Shown one piece after another: positions 1 to 10,175 of a stretch of DNA of 64,000 bases. This DNA comes from an uncultured Dictyoglomota bacterium (lineage in GTDB: Bacteria; Dictyoglomota; Dictyoglomia; Dictyoglomales; Dictyoglomaceae). The position numbers and the translations under genes are program-made. The DNA lies in assembly GCA_964654465.1 (NCBI GenBank), contig CAZZIO010000022.1:1-64000 (forward strand), in the 5' to 3' direction. The notes under the pieces are model-generated. The model did no database searches. It worked only from the letters and a program-made list of their open reading frames with translations, and was not told where the DNA came from. How positions within the stretch are numbered: position 1 is the first letter of the stretch; each line of letters starts with the position of its first letter.

Positions 1-81
1 GGGTGGGACTCGAACCCACATGGCCGCGAAGGCCTTACCGGTTTTCAAGACCGGCCCCTTAGCCAATTCGGACACCTCCCC
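1..81 (-). tRNA. tRNA-Ser (anticodon UGA), 3' end truncated by window edge
   Basis: Reverse complement GGGGAGGTGTCCGAATTGG...CCGGT-CTTGAAA-ACCGG, long variable arm, GTGGG-TTCGAGT-CCCAC T-arm. Confidence 0.95.
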
Positions 82-170
82 GATGTCCAAGAAAATTATA
101 CCATAAAAATTTTTAATTTTGTTTAAAATCTTGTGATATAATCTAAGAAAAAGGAAGGAAATTTTATAAA

Positions 171-731
171 ATGGATGTTAAAAAAGCAATTCAAGAAAGA
201 AGATCTTTAAGATCATTAGAACCTTTTGAAGTTACCGAAGAATTAATTTTAGATCTTGCTGAATCTGCATCCCTTGCACCTTCATGTTTTAATAATCAAC
301 CATGGAGATTTATATTTACATATGACAAAGAACTCTTAAAAGAACTATATACTGCTCTAACACCAAGAAATAATTGGGCTTTTGTATCATCATTAATAGT
401 AACTGTATTTACAAAATATGAATTAGATTGCCAAATAAAAGGGAGAGATTATGCTCTATTTGATACTGGAATAGCAGTAGGCTTTATGTTATTAAGGGCA
501 ACTGAGCTCGAAATGATAGCTCATCCAATAGCAGGTTATGATGAAGAAAAGGTTAAAAAGATTTTAAACATACCTGAGGATATGCAAGTAATAGCCCTTA
601 TTATATTTGGGAAAAAAGCTGAAAAGCTAAGTACTTTATTATCTGATGAACAAAAAGAAAGAGAATTAAAAAGACCAGAAAGGCTTCCTATAGAAAAATT
701 TGTATTTATAAATAAATATACAGAAAAATGA
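171..731 (+). CDS. Nitroreductase family protein
   Basis: RRS motif, APSCFNNQPWRF, D-T-G-I-A...L-R-A-T-E-L pattern. Confidence 0.9.
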   Translation: MDVKKAIQERRSLRSLEPFEVTEELILDLAESASLAPSCFNNQPWRFIFTYDKELLKELYTALTPRNNWAFVSSLIVTVFTKYELDCQIKGRDYALFDTGIAVGFMLLRATELEMIAHPIAGYDEEKVKKILNIPEDMQVIALIIFGKKAEKLSTLLSDEQKERELKRPERLPIEKFVFINKYTEK

Positions 732-1540
732 AAATATCGTGTTCTACAGCAGCTTTTATTGATCCATCCTCATCTACAGAACAAAAATTAAAAGATTCTA
801 TAGAAGCTATCAACAATATAGTTAAACATGGCTATGATGGTATAGAACTTTTTATACCAAATGTATTCTCTGATGAACAAAAAGAAATCCTATTCCAAGA
901 AGCTTCAAAAATAAAAGGAAAAATACTTACGATTCATGCCCCTAAAAATACTCTTCATCGACCCTTAAAAGAAATTTTTACTCCTTTAACTAAATTAATC
1001 AAAAAGGCATCAGATTTAGAGGTAAATTATATAGTTTTACATCCACCATTCCAAAAAAACTTCAAATCCTTAATAAGAACAATATTCTACATTTTGGACA
1101 ATATTTTACTTTTTGCTAAAAGAAACAATGTTACACTTACAATAGAAAATGTACCATACCTTTTAGATCCTCCAGAGTTTTTTAAAAACATTTGTGAAAA
1201 ATATAAGGATGGTTTTGGAATAACCATTGATATAGAATATCTTTATTCCACTCCCTATTCCTTAGACAAATACCCTAAAGACCTTCTCTACAAATATCTG
1301 AAGAATATTCATATAAGAGATTATGATGGAAAAAGTTTTGACGAAGAAGGAAATAGAAGATACCTAAAACTTGGTGAAGGCTTTATAAACTTCAAAGAAC
1401 TCTTCGAAAAACTTTTTGAGATAAACTATGACAGTATCCTAACAGTAGAGACTGTATTTAACGATAAGATAGAAGATCTAATCTATAGTAAAGAATTTAT
1501 AATTAAACATCTACCTCAGAAATCATTAGCTTCTGGATAA
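728..1540 (+). CDS. Sugar phosphate isomerase/epimerase (AP endonuclease 2-like TIM barrel)
   Basis: TIENV, IDIEY, HIRD, LGEGFINF, TVE metal motifs; ATGA-coupled to upstream gene. Confidence 0.8.
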   Translation: MKISCSTAAFIDPSSSTEQKLKDSIEAINNIVKHGYDGIELFIPNVFSDEQKEILFQEASKIKGKILTIHAPKNTLHRPLKEIFTPLTKLIKKASDLEVNYIVLHPPFQKNFKSLIRTIFYILDNILLFAKRNNVTLTIENVPYLLDPPEFFKNICEKYKDGFGITIDIEYLYSTPYSLDKYPKDLLYKYLKNIHIRDYDGKSFDEEGNRRYLKLGEGFINFKELFEKLFEINYDSILTVETVFNDKIEDLIYSKEFIIKHLPQKSLASG

Positions 1541-2586
1541 GAACCAAGTATTTTAAAATCTAAACATTCTTCCTTTATCTTATCCAATGCTCCCTTTACT
1601 TTATCATCTTCAACATGTCCCTGAAAATCAACAAAAAATCTATACTCAAAAGGTTTAGAAGGTACTGGTCTTGATTGAATTAAAGTCATATTTAATCCAA
1701 AATCATGAAGAGGCCGTAAAGCCCTATAAAGAGCTCCCGCTTGATGTTTCACTGAAAAAATTATGGAGGTTTTATCCTTACCTGTCGGTTTTGGAATATT
1801 TTTACCAAGCACTAAGAATCTCGTCTTATTATTCCATGCATCTTGTATATTTTCAGCCATTATATTTAAGCCAAAAATTTCAGCTGCAAAATTACTTGCT
1901 ATTGCTGCACTATTTTTTTCTTTTAACACTAACATGGCAGCATAACTAGTACTAGAAGTTGGTATTTCTTCTACATCAGGTAAATTTTGCCTCATCCATC
2001 TCCTACATTGGGCTAATGCTTGAGGATGAGAATAAACTCTTTTAATCTTTTTAATATCCTTCTCTGTGGATAATAAGGAATGTCTAATGTCCAAATATAC
2101 CTCACCTATTACCTTATTTGTAGTAATTGCTAAAAAATCCATAGTAACCCCTACTGTTCCTTCTAAAGAATTCTCAATAGGTACTACTCCAAAATCTGAT
2201 CCTTCCTCTAAAACCTTAAAAATATCTTCCACAGAAGGTAAAGGAACAAATCTAACTCCTTCCCCAAAAAATTTAACAGCAGCCTGATGTGTAAAACTTC
2301 CTTCAGGGCCAAGATAGACTACAGTTAAATCTTTTTCAAGACTCCTCAAATAACTCATTATACTTTTAAAAATTCCATAAACCGCCTCTGGAGGTAGAGG
2401 CCCCTCATTTTCCTTTATAAGTCTTTCCAATATTTCCTTTTCCCTTTTAGGGTCAAAAACAGGATAGTCTTTTTCTTTTTTCCAGTTTTTAATTTCTAAC
2501 ACTATCTTTGCTCTCTCATTTAAAAGATTCAAAATCTTTTTGTCAATCTCATCTATCAATCCCCTTAATTCATTTAATTTTTCCAT
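1516..2586 (-). CDS. pheA: Chorismate mutase/prephenate dehydratase (P-protein)
   Basis: AroQ N-terminus (LRGLIDEID...R), LGPEGSFT, PIENSLEG, SHPQALAQC, TRF, ACT domain, LGSYP. Confidence 0.95.
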   Translation of the reverse strand: MEKLNELRGLIDEIDKKILNLLNERAKIVLEIKNWKKEKDYPVFDPKREKEILERLIKENEGPLPPEAVYGIFKSIMSYLRSLEKDLTVVYLGPEGSFTHQAAVKFFGEGVRFVPLPSVEDIFKVLEEGSDFGVVPIENSLEGTVGVTMDFLAITTNKVIGEVYLDIRHSLLSTEKDIKKIKRVYSHPQALAQCRRWMRQNLPDVEEIPTSSTSYAAMLVLKEKNSAAIASNFAAEIFGLNIMAENIQDAWNNKTRFLVLGKNIPKPTGKDKTSIIFSVKHQAGALYRALRPLHDFGLNMTLIQSRPVPSKPFEYRFFVDFQGHVEDDKVKGALDKIKEECLDFKILGSYPEANDF

Positions 2587-2676
2587 AACTAACCTCTTTT
2601 AAATCTATAAATTTTTATAAATTCTATAAGATAAAATCTTATTAGGTCAATATCTATTGTAATCTTGAGAAAAGTT

Positions 2677-2717
2677 TTGATTAAAAATTTTTTAATGATA
2701 TAATAAAAACGTTAACG
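2677..2717 (+). promoter_or_regulatory. Sigma70-type promoter with adjacent LacI-like site
   Basis: TTGATT-16nt-TATAAT with extended TG, followed by TAAAAACGTTAACG. Confidence 0.5.
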
Positions 2718-2745
2718 TAATCTTTTTAAAAAGGGGTGATAAAGC

Positions 2746-3696
2746 ATTAAACCAGAAAAACAAAGAAAAAGAGGATTCTTCAAGGAATTTAACATTCTTA
2801 TTGCCCTTATTGTACTTTGTGTATTTATAACCATTCTCAACCCAAAATTTATAACTCCCTTTAACTTACAAGTAATAGCAAGACAAGTAGCAATATATGG
2901 TCTTTTAGCTATAGGTGAAACTCTTATTATTATTGGAGGAGGTATTGATCTTTCTGTAGGGTCTTTGGTAGCTTTAACTGGAGTTTTAGTAGCTCTTTTC
3001 ATGAAAAATGGAATTGATATGTACATTTCCATATTATTAGTTCTTCTATTTTCCTCTACAATAGGTTTATGGCATGGATTTTTTGTTACTAAGCTTAATG
3101 TACCACCTTTCATAATAACTCTGGGAACATTAACAGCTGCAAGAGGACTTGCTTCAGTAATAACAAAGGGTTGGCCTATAATAGGCCTTCCAGAAAAGTT
3201 CTTTTTTATAGGTCAAGGTGAAATTTTAGGAATACCCTTTCCATTAATAATTCTTATTTTTTTCACTCTTCTTTCCTTTTTCATCACTAAATATACTGTT
3301 CTCGGAAGAAATTTATATGCCATTGGCGGAAATATTGAAGCGGCAAGACTTTCTGGAATAGATGTGGATAAAATTAGAATATATACTTACATCTTTGGAT
3401 CCTTTCTTGCAGGAGTAACAGGAATAATAATTGCATCAAGACTAAGTCAGGGACAGGCAGGAGTAGGTGGAGGATATGAACTAAGTGCTATTGCTGCAGC
3501 TGTTATAGGTGGAACATCCTTATCAGGCGGTGAAGGTACTATTCTTGGTACGATTATAGGTGCCACCATAATGTCAGTTATTTACAATGGACTAATTCTA
3601 TTGGAGATATCTTCTTATTGGCATGATGTGGTAATGGGACTTGTCATTGTTACAGCAGTAACCTTAGATATCTGGAGGAAAAAGAAAAAGCCATAA
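2746..3696 (+). CDS. Sugar ABC transporter permease (RbsC/CUT2 family); probable non-canonical ATT start
   Basis: Frame open from ATT 2746 (in-frame TAA at 2740) behind SD AAGGGGTG; extension contains GGIDLSVGS, which the ORF-track call at 2965 cuts off; [24 protein letters not shown]. Confidence 0.88.
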   Translation: MKPEKQRKRGFFKEFNILIALIVLCVFITILNPKFITPFNLQVIARQVAIYGLLAIGETLIIIGGGIDLSVGSLVALTGVLVALFMKNGIDMYISILLVLLFSSTIGLWHGFFVTKLNVPPFIITLGTLTAARGLASVITKGWPIIGLPEKFFFIGQGEILGIPFPLIILIFFTLLSFFITKYTVLGRNLYAIGGNIEAARLSGIDVDKIRIYTYIFGSFLAGVTGIIIASRLSQGQAGVGGGYELSAIAAAVIGGTSLSGGEGTILGTIIGATIMSVIYNGLILLEISSYWHDVVMGLVIVTAVTLDIWRKKKKP

Positions 3697-3789
3697 GTTG
3701 GAAAGGAGGTGAAAATTTTTCTTAATTTGTTAATCTAAACAAAATTTCTGAACCTTAAATTAAAAAAATTAACAGGGGGGAATAAAAAA

Positions 3790-4806
3790 ATGCGTAAATT
3801 ACTTGTTATCTTATTGATTTTAGTATTTCCTTTCATATTCTCTACTGGATTTTCAAAAGATATACATGTAGCGGTTATAGGAAAATCTGTACATCCCTAT
3901 TGGGCAGAAGTAGAATTAGGGGTAAAGAAAGCTGCCCAAGATTTAGGAGTTAAAGCCACATTCTTTGTACCTCAAAAAGAAGATATTCCAGCACAGATTT
4001 CTCAAATGGAATCTTTCATTGCTATGGGAGTAAGTGGTATAGCTATAGCACCATCCGATCCTACAGCCATTGCCCCTACTATTGAAAAGGCTATGGCAAA
4101 AGGTATTCCAGTAATAACCTTAGATACTGATGCTCCTCAAAGCAAGAGACTAATATACATTGGAACTGATAACTACTCAGCTGGAAAAATTGCTGGTTTG
4201 GTAATGTCTGATCTTTTAGGAGTACGTGGCGGAAAAGTAGCAATAGGTACAGGATCACTTACTGCTATGAATTCCTTAGAAAGAATGAGAGGATTCATGG
4301 ATGGTATAGCTAATAACAAAAGAATTACAGTAGTTACAAAACCTGCACTCTGTGACTTTGAGGATACAGGAAGAGCAGTAACTCTTGCTGAACAAGCCTT
4401 ACTTACCTACCCAGATCTGAGAGGTTTCTTCGGGGTATATGCATTTAATGGGCCAGCTGCAGCAAAAGCTGTAAAATCAGCTGGAAAAGTAGGCCAAGTA
4501 ATCATAGTATGTTTTGATACCACAGCTGAGCATATGCAACTTATAAAAGAAGGAGTTATTGCTGCAACCGTAGGACAGAGACCATATATGATGGGTTATA
4601 AGAGTGTAGAGGTACTTACTAAGATGGCTCAAAAGGGTGTAGATGCAACCCTTAAAGAATTACCTGCTAATAGAATTATTGACACTGGAGTTGATGTGGT
4701 AGCAGGAGATAAATATGTAAAGAGCATAAAGAGCGTACAAGCTCTTACAGTAGAACAATATAGAAAGAAGCTCCAAGAGTTAGGAATTCCTGTACAAGGC
4801 TGGTAA
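3790..4806 (+). CDS. Sugar ABC transporter periplasmic binding protein (RbsB-like)
   Basis: Signal peptide, GIPVITLDTD, IGTDNYSAG, VGQRPYMMGY. Confidence 0.92.
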   Translation: MRKLLVILLILVFPFIFSTGFSKDIHVAVIGKSVHPYWAEVELGVKKAAQDLGVKATFFVPQKEDIPAQISQMESFIAMGVSGIAIAPSDPTAIAPTIEKAMAKGIPVITLDTDAPQSKRLIYIGTDNYSAGKIAGLVMSDLLGVRGGKVAIGTGSLTAMNSLERMRGFMDGIANNKRITVVTKPALCDFEDTGRAVTLAEQALLTYPDLRGFFGVYAFNGPAAAKAVKSAGKVGQVIIVCFDTTAEHMQLIKEGVIAATVGQRPYMMGYKSVEVLTKMAQKGVDATLKELPANRIIDTGVDVVAGDKYVKSIKSVQALTVEQYRKKLQELGIPVQGW

Positions 4807-4811
4807 ATTTA

Positions 4812-4847
4812 TTAAAGGAGAGGGGTTTTATTACCCCTCTCCTTTAA
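4812..4847 (+). terminator. 15-bp intercistronic hairpin (mRNA stabiliser or partial terminator)
   Basis: TTAAAGGAGAGGGGT-tttatt-ACCCCTCTCCTTTAA between SBP and ATPase genes; no long U tract. Confidence 0.7.
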
Positions 4848-4873
4848 AATAAAATGGAGGTGTAGATTATAAA

Positions 4874-6361
4874 ATGAACCAAGAGATATTGATAGAGATG
4901 AGAAATATATATAAAAGTTTTCCAGGAGTTCAAGCCCTGTCAGATGTCAACATAACAGTATATAAAGGAGAAATTTTAGCAATTGTAGGTGAAAATGGAG
5001 CAGGAAAGTCTACCCTAATGAAGATTCTTGCTGGTATATATCAAAAGGATAGTGGTAAAATAATATTTAAAGGTAAAGAAATTAATCCTCAAACACCTCA
5101 CGAAGCCCAAAGTCTTGGAATATCTATGATACATCAAGAATTTAATTTAGCACCCAATTTAGATATTGCAACCAACATCTTTTTGGGAAAAGAACCCAAA
5201 AAGGGGAAATTAATAAAAATTTTTGATTATAAAAAAGCATTCTATGAATCCCAAAAATTATTAGAAATAATAGGTTTAGATTTACCTTCTGATACATTAG
5301 TAAGGAATCTTACAGTTGCCCAACAACAAATTGTAGAAATCGCTAAAGCTCTTGCATCAAAATCAGAGATAATAATTATGGATGAACCTACATCAGCATT
5401 AGCAGGAAAAGAAGTAGAAAAACTATTTGAAATTGCAAGGAATCTTAAGAATCAAGGAGTTTCCATCATATTTATAACCCATCGTTTAGAAGAAGTCTTC
5501 CAAATTGCTGAAAGAATAATTGTTTTAAGAGATGGGAAAAAGGTAGGAGAATTGCCTGCAGACAAAGAAAGATATAATGAAGTTATAAGATTAATGGTAG
5601 GAAGAGACCTAAGAGTTATTCCAAAACCTGAAACTGAAAAAGGAGATATAGTATTAGAGGTAAAGAACCTTTCATCAAATAAAATCCACAATATATCTTT
5701 TTATTTAAAAAAGGGTGAAGTTTTAGGTATTGCTGGACTTGTAGGAGCAGGAAGAACAGAGATTGTCAGAGCAATTTTTGGAGCAGATCCAAAAACCAAA
5801 GGGGAGATATATTTAGAAGGTAAAAAAGTAGATATTAGGACTCCTAAAGATGCGGTAAAATTGGGTATAGGATTAGTGCCAGAGGATAGAAAGTTACAAG
5901 GACTTATTTTAAATATGGCTATATATGAGAATATATCTCTTGCTTCCTTACCCTTTTTATTCCCAAACTATATTATAAAGGCAGAAAAAGAATATAAATT
6001 AGCAAATCACTTTGTAGAAAAGTTAAAGATTAGAACCCCAAGTATTTTTCAAAAGGTATTAAATCTATCAGGAGGAAACCAACAAAAGGTTGTTTTATCA
6101 AAGTGGCTTGCCTTAAATCCTAAGGTCTTAATATTGGACGAACCAACAAGAGGTATAGATGTAGGAGCAAAAGCAGAAATACACTCTTTAATTGGTGAAT
6201 TAGCAAAACAAGGTATTGGAATTATACTTATTTCTTCAGAACTTCCAGAGATTTTAGCCTTATCTGACAGAGTATTGATAATCTCAAAGGGGAGAATAAC
6301 AGCAGAATTACCTAAGGAAAATATATCTCAAGAAACTATAATGCAATATGCAGTAATTTAA
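4874..6361 (+). CDS. Sugar ABC transporter ATP-binding protein (RbsA/MglA-type, tandem NBD)
   Basis: GENGAGKST, MDEPT, LSGGNQQK, LDEPTRGIDVGAK. Confidence 0.95.
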   Translation: MNQEILIEMRNIYKSFPGVQALSDVNITVYKGEILAIVGENGAGKSTLMKILAGIYQKDSGKIIFKGKEINPQTPHEAQSLGISMIHQEFNLAPNLDIATNIFLGKEPKKGKLIKIFDYKKAFYESQKLLEIIGLDLPSDTLVRNLTVAQQQIVEIAKALASKSEIIIMDEPTSALAGKEVEKLFEIARNLKNQGVSIIFITHRLEEVFQIAERIIVLRDGKKVGELPADKERYNEVIRLMVGRDLRVIPKPETEKGDIVLEVKNLSSNKIHNISFYLKKGEVLGIAGLVGAGRTEIVRAIFGADPKTKGEIYLEGKKVDIRTPKDAVKLGIGLVPEDRKLQGLILNMAIYENISLASLPFLFPNYIIKAEKEYKLANHFVEKLKIRTPSIFQKVLNLSGGNQQKVVLSKWLALNPKVLILDEPTRGIDVGAKAEIHSLIGELAKQGIGIILISSELPEILALSDRVLIISKGRITAELPKENISQETIMQYAVI

Positions 6362-6419
6362 CATCTCTAAAAAATAGGATAAAATAATTGCAAAATATAT
6401 ACTTAAAGGAGGAAATTGT

Positions 6420-7118
6420 ATGTCCTATATTGTATTAATAACAGGAGCGTCAAAAGGTTTAGGTTATTCGTTATCTGAGCTTTATCTTTCAAAGGGTGAT
6501 TATGTAATTGCTACCTATCGAAAGAATTTAGAAAACTTAGAGAAGATCAAAGATAACCCTAATCTCCTATTATACAAAATGGATGTAGCAGATGAAAATT
6601 CTGTAAAAGATGCTTTTGAATTTATAAAAGGCAAAGTTCCCCATATTGATATATTAATTAACAATGCAGCAGTCTATTTGGAAGACAAAACAAAAACAAT
6701 CGAAAATGTAGATATAGAAAAAGCCATACAAACACTGAATATAAATTCTATAGGCCCCTTAAGAGTATTAAAATACTTCTTCTCTTTAGTTGAAAGAGGG
6801 AACAAGAAATTAATAATTAATGTATCTTCTGAAGCGGGTAGCATATCAAATTGTTGGAGAGATAGAGAATATGCCTATTGTATGTCAAAATCAGCCTTAA
6901 ATATGCTTTCTGCTATATTACAAAATTATAGCAGAAACAAAGGTATAAAAGTGCTTGCAATTCATCCTGGATGGATGAGAACCGATATGGGTGGTCCTAA
7001 TGCTGATATTCCCCCAGAAGAAGCAGCAGAAGGAATTTATAATTTATCTATGAAAGAATGGGACATTAATGATAAAAACATCTATATGGATTATAATGGA
7101 AATCTTATGACGTGGTAG
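6420..7118 (+). CDS. Short-chain dehydrogenase/reductase (CsgA-like)
   Basis: TGASKGLG, NNAA, YCMSK, HPGWMRTDMGG. Confidence 0.9.
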   Translation: MSYIVLITGASKGLGYSLSELYLSKGDYVIATYRKNLENLEKIKDNPNLLLYKMDVADENSVKDAFEFIKGKVPHIDILINNAAVYLEDKTKTIENVDIEKAIQTLNINSIGPLRVLKYFFSLVERGNKKLIINVSSEAGSISNCWRDREYAYCMSKSALNMLSAILQNYSRNKGIKVLAIHPGWMRTDMGGPNADIPPEEAAEGIYNLSMKEWDINDKNIYMDYNGNLMTW

Positions 7119-7138
7119 ATTTATGAATTATACTTTGT

Positions 7139-7170
7139 GGGAGGGACTTAAATTAGTCCCTCCCTTTTTT
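7139..7170 (+). terminator. Intrinsic terminator
   Basis: GGGAGGGACT-taaatt-AGTCCCTCCC followed by T-run, between convergent genes. Confidence 0.85.
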
Positions 7171-7715
7171 TACAATATTTGAAATGTTTTTAAGCTATTT
7201 TCAAAAAGAGGCAAGTATTTATCAAAAGTATCCTTAAGAGCAGAGAAGGTAAAAACATAGAATTTATGATCTTTAATAAAGTAAACTTGCTTTTGTTTTA
7301 TAGCTATATCTCCTACCACCTTAATTAGATAAACTAATTCATATCCTTCAAATCCCGCCACATCCCTTTTACCCTCACTTTGGAATTCTATTTCCCCTAA
7401 TTCCTCTGAAACATAGCTTAATTCTTTTTTGATTGATGATATTAACTCATCGTTTATAACAGCTTCCTCATCTTCTGGAATATTTAGTATGTTAATATTA
7501 AAGTTAACTCTAAAACCCAAATCAGCAGGACCAACAAAAATAGCAGCCAAATTATAAGGAGCACCATCCTTAAATTCCCAATCTATAGGTGGAATTATTG
7601 AAAATCCATATTTTTCATTTATATACCTTTCTGTATCTGCTAAAATAAGATTGATGTTAATAGTAAGCAAAACTAAAGAGACTATTAAAAATCTAAAAAT
7701 TCTTTTATAAAACAT
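7170..7715 (-). CDS. Secreted PsbP/DcrB-like domain protein
   Basis: Signal peptide; YGFSIIPPIDW; C-terminal YVFTFSA...FDKYLPLFENSLKTF. Confidence 0.65.
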   Translation of the reverse strand: MFYKRIFRFLIVSLVLLTININLILADTERYINEKYGFSIIPPIDWEFKDGAPYNLAAIFVGPADLGFRVNFNINILNIPEDEEAVINDELISSIKKELSYVSEELGEIEFQSEGKRDVAGFEGYELVYLIKVVGDIAIKQKQVYFIKDHKFYVFTFSALKDTFDKYLPLFENSLKTFQIL

Positions 7716-7736
7716 TAGCTTAAATTCCCCCCATTT

Positions 7737-8804
7737 TTAAAAATTTACAATTTCCCAAAAAGCCTTCTTAGGATTGTGATTCTTATCAAAAAGAAGTGGA
7801 TAATCTTCTCTCCCTCTTACAGGCCAAAAGAAAAGCCATGTATAATCATCAGCGACTCCCCAAAAAGTAACTCCTGTAACTTTTCCTTTGTATTTTCTTA
7901 ATATTGCAAAAGCTTCTTTATAAAGTTGAGCTTGTCTTTCAAGTCTATCCTCAGGTGGAACTTTAAAGTTATTATTTTCATTTCTATCATAATAAATCGA
8001 TATATCGAATTCTGTAATCTGCACTTCTACACCAAGCTCTAAAAATCTCTTTATTGAATCTTCAAGCATCTTAGGAGTCGGCCAACTCAAAGTCCAATGT
8101 CCTTGAATACCAATACCATGAATTGGTACCCCTTTTTCTTTCAATCTTTTCACCAATTGATATGCTTTCTCTCTCTTTACCGGATCCTCCAAATTGTAAT
8201 CGTTATAGAACAACTTTGCATTCGGATCTACCTCATGTGCCCATATAAAAGCTTTTTCTATAACTTCTTCTCCACAAATATCGTACCATGGGGCTTTCCT
8301 TAAAAATTCATACGGATTATCTGATAATGCTTCATTTACCACATCCCAAGCATAAACCTTTCCCTTATAATGGCCTACTACTTCCCTTATATGTTCCTTT
8401 AATCTTTCTAATATTTCCTCTTTAGTACCTGTTCCTCCCTCTTTTCCAGCAAAAACCCATGGTGGAGTCTGATTGTGCCAAACCAAAGTATGTCCCCTTA
8501 CTTTCATACCATTTTTCATGGCAAATTCTACAATTTCATCAGCAGGATCAAAATTATAAACATAAGGTCTAGGATGAATAACTTCCCATTTCATCTGGTT
8601 TTCAGGAGTCAAACTGTTGAAATGCTTTTTAAGAAGTTCTTCATAATTATAAATATTTAAATTACTTACAGCAGCACCAATTAAAAAATAATCTTTATAA
8701 ACTTCCTTAAGCGATGGTATCTCCATAGCTTTCACCTCCCTTAAAGGGGTCATTATAGAAAGTACTAAAAGAAACAAAACAAAAATTTTTAAACTGAACC
8801 TCAT
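7737..8804 (-). CDS. xynA: Endo-1,4-beta-xylanase, GH10
   Basis: TPENQMKW, RGHTLVWHNQ, WDVVNE (acid/base), YNDYN, ITEFD (nucleophile), signal peptide. Confidence 0.95.
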   Translation of the reverse strand: MRFSLKIFVLFLLVLSIMTPLREVKAMEIPSLKEVYKDYFLIGAAVSNLNIYNYEELLKKHFNSLTPENQMKWEVIHPRPYVYNFDPADEIVEFAMKNGMKVRGHTLVWHNQTPPWVFAGKEGGTGTKEEILERLKEHIREVVGHYKGKVYAWDVVNEALSDNPYEFLRKAPWYDICGEEVIEKAFIWAHEVDPNAKLFYNDYNLEDPVKREKAYQLVKRLKEKGVPIHGIGIQGHWTLSWPTPKMLEDSIKRFLELGVEVQITEFDISIYYDRNENNNFKVPPEDRLERQAQLYKEAFAILRKYKGKVTGVTFWGVADDYTWLFFWPVRGREDYPLLFDKNHNPKKAFWEIVNF

Positions 8805-8809
8805 AAGAA

Positions 8810-10159
8810 TTAACCTCCTTTCTGTTTTTTCATTGAATTTTTTATATTTTCAAGCTTTAAATATAGATCTTTCAATTCTTTCTCAAAGAAGAATACCAAG
8901 AGAAAAAGCAAAATACCACATGGATACCAGAAAATAGAAGAAATTGATAAAGAAAAATCAAGTTTCGAAAATTTAATAAGATCTATAGCTCTTTCAGGAG
9001 GAACATTTATACTTACATTGGCTAAGACTCCTCCTATATATCTTCCAATTCCAGTACCTACCGAATCTGTCAGATTAAAAATGGAAAAAATTGAAGTTCT
9101 ATTTTCTGGTACATTAACATTCATAAGCATCATCTTTACATTAGGTCCTGTTAAAGAAGAAAAGAAACTTGCCAAGGTCCCCAAAAGGGCAAAATTCAAA
9201 AAAGCTTTTGAGGGTATATAAGCAAAGACAATATATGCAAGAGTTGCTCCAAGGATAGTACTTACACTACAAAATAAAGGAGTATACTTAGGTCTCTTTT
9301 TATAAAGAGCTCCACCTATAAAACCTCCCAAAAGAATTCCTAAAAGATTTCCTAAACCAAATAAGAAGTATATAAAGGTAGCCTGCCCCTGCGATAAATC
9401 TCTTTTTCCTACGAGGAAAGCTATAAGAAAATAAGGAATAGCTCCCCATGGTATAGTACCTGCTATACCCTGCAAAAAAAGAAGAAGATTGGTTTTTATT
9501 TTAACAAGATTTGCGTAGTCTCTAATATTTATCGTCCTTGGATAAACATAACCTGCCTTAATTAAATCTTCTATACCCTTTTCAGAATATCCTCTTTCTA
9601 CATTAGGAATGAAAAATAAATAAAGTAAAGCAAGAATCCAGTTTGGTACTGATACAACTATAAAAGGTAATCTGAAATTTCCTGTATATTCATATACAAG
9701 GCTTGAAAGAATTACCCCAATAAGAACTCCCAATGATAGCGAAGAAGCAACAATAGAGGTTGCTTTACCTCTTTCTTCCTCTTTATACAAATCGCTAACA
9801 ATAGAGAAAGCAAGTGGAAAAACCACACCTACACCTATACCCGTGAGAACTCTTAATATAAAAAATTGAGTCCAATTTTGGGCAAAAGCAGTTAAAAAAC
9901 ATGGTATTTCTCCTATGAGAATCCCAGTCACAAAAAGTATCTTTCTATTTATTTTGTCTCCAAAATATCCCCAAAAAAGTGATATGAAAGCTCCAAAAAT
10001 AGTAAAAACAAGACCTAATTCTCCAAGATGGTTAAAATTTACATTAAACTCTTTCATAATCTGATCCATAAAAGGAGACATCACCAACTGATCAGCATTT
10101 AGAAAAACCATCATTAAAACTATTAAGGATAAGGCAAATCCTCTAACCCCCTTTTTCAC
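8810..10159 (-). CDS. MFS transporter
   Basis: About 12 hydrophobic segments, motif A GYFGDKINRK, RVLTGIG. Confidence 0.9.
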   Translation of the reverse strand: MKKGVRGFALSLIVLMMVFLNADQLVMSPFMDQIMKEFNVNFNHLGELGLVFTIFGAFISLFWGYFGDKINRKILFVTGILIGEIPCFLTAFAQNWTQFFILRVLTGIGVGVVFPLAFSIVSDLYKEEERGKATSIVASSLSLGVLIGVILSSLVYEYTGNFRLPFIVVSVPNWILALLYLFFIPNVERGYSEKGIEDLIKAGYVYPRTINIRDYANLVKIKTNLLLFLQGIAGTIPWGAIPYFLIAFLVGKRDLSQGQATFIYFLFGLGNLLGILLGGFIGGALYKKRPKYTPLFCSVSTILGATLAYIVFAYIPSKAFLNFALLGTLASFFSSLTGPNVKMMLMNVNVPENRTSIFSIFNLTDSVGTGIGRYIGGVLANVSINVPPERAIDLIKFSKLDFSLSISSIFWYPCGILLFLLVFFFEKELKDLYLKLENIKNSMKKQKGG

Positions 10160-10175
10160 AATAAATTACCCCCTC

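Noticed and set aside
1-81. tRNA-Sec
   Set aside because: Anticodon is UGA (reads UCA, Ser), not UCA
2712-3113. 133-aa minus ORF and similar antisense ORFs (e.g. 24249..24680, 39876..40256, 43320..43658, 46095..46415)
   Set aside because: Lie opposite well-supported genes with no SD or motifs; shadow ORFs
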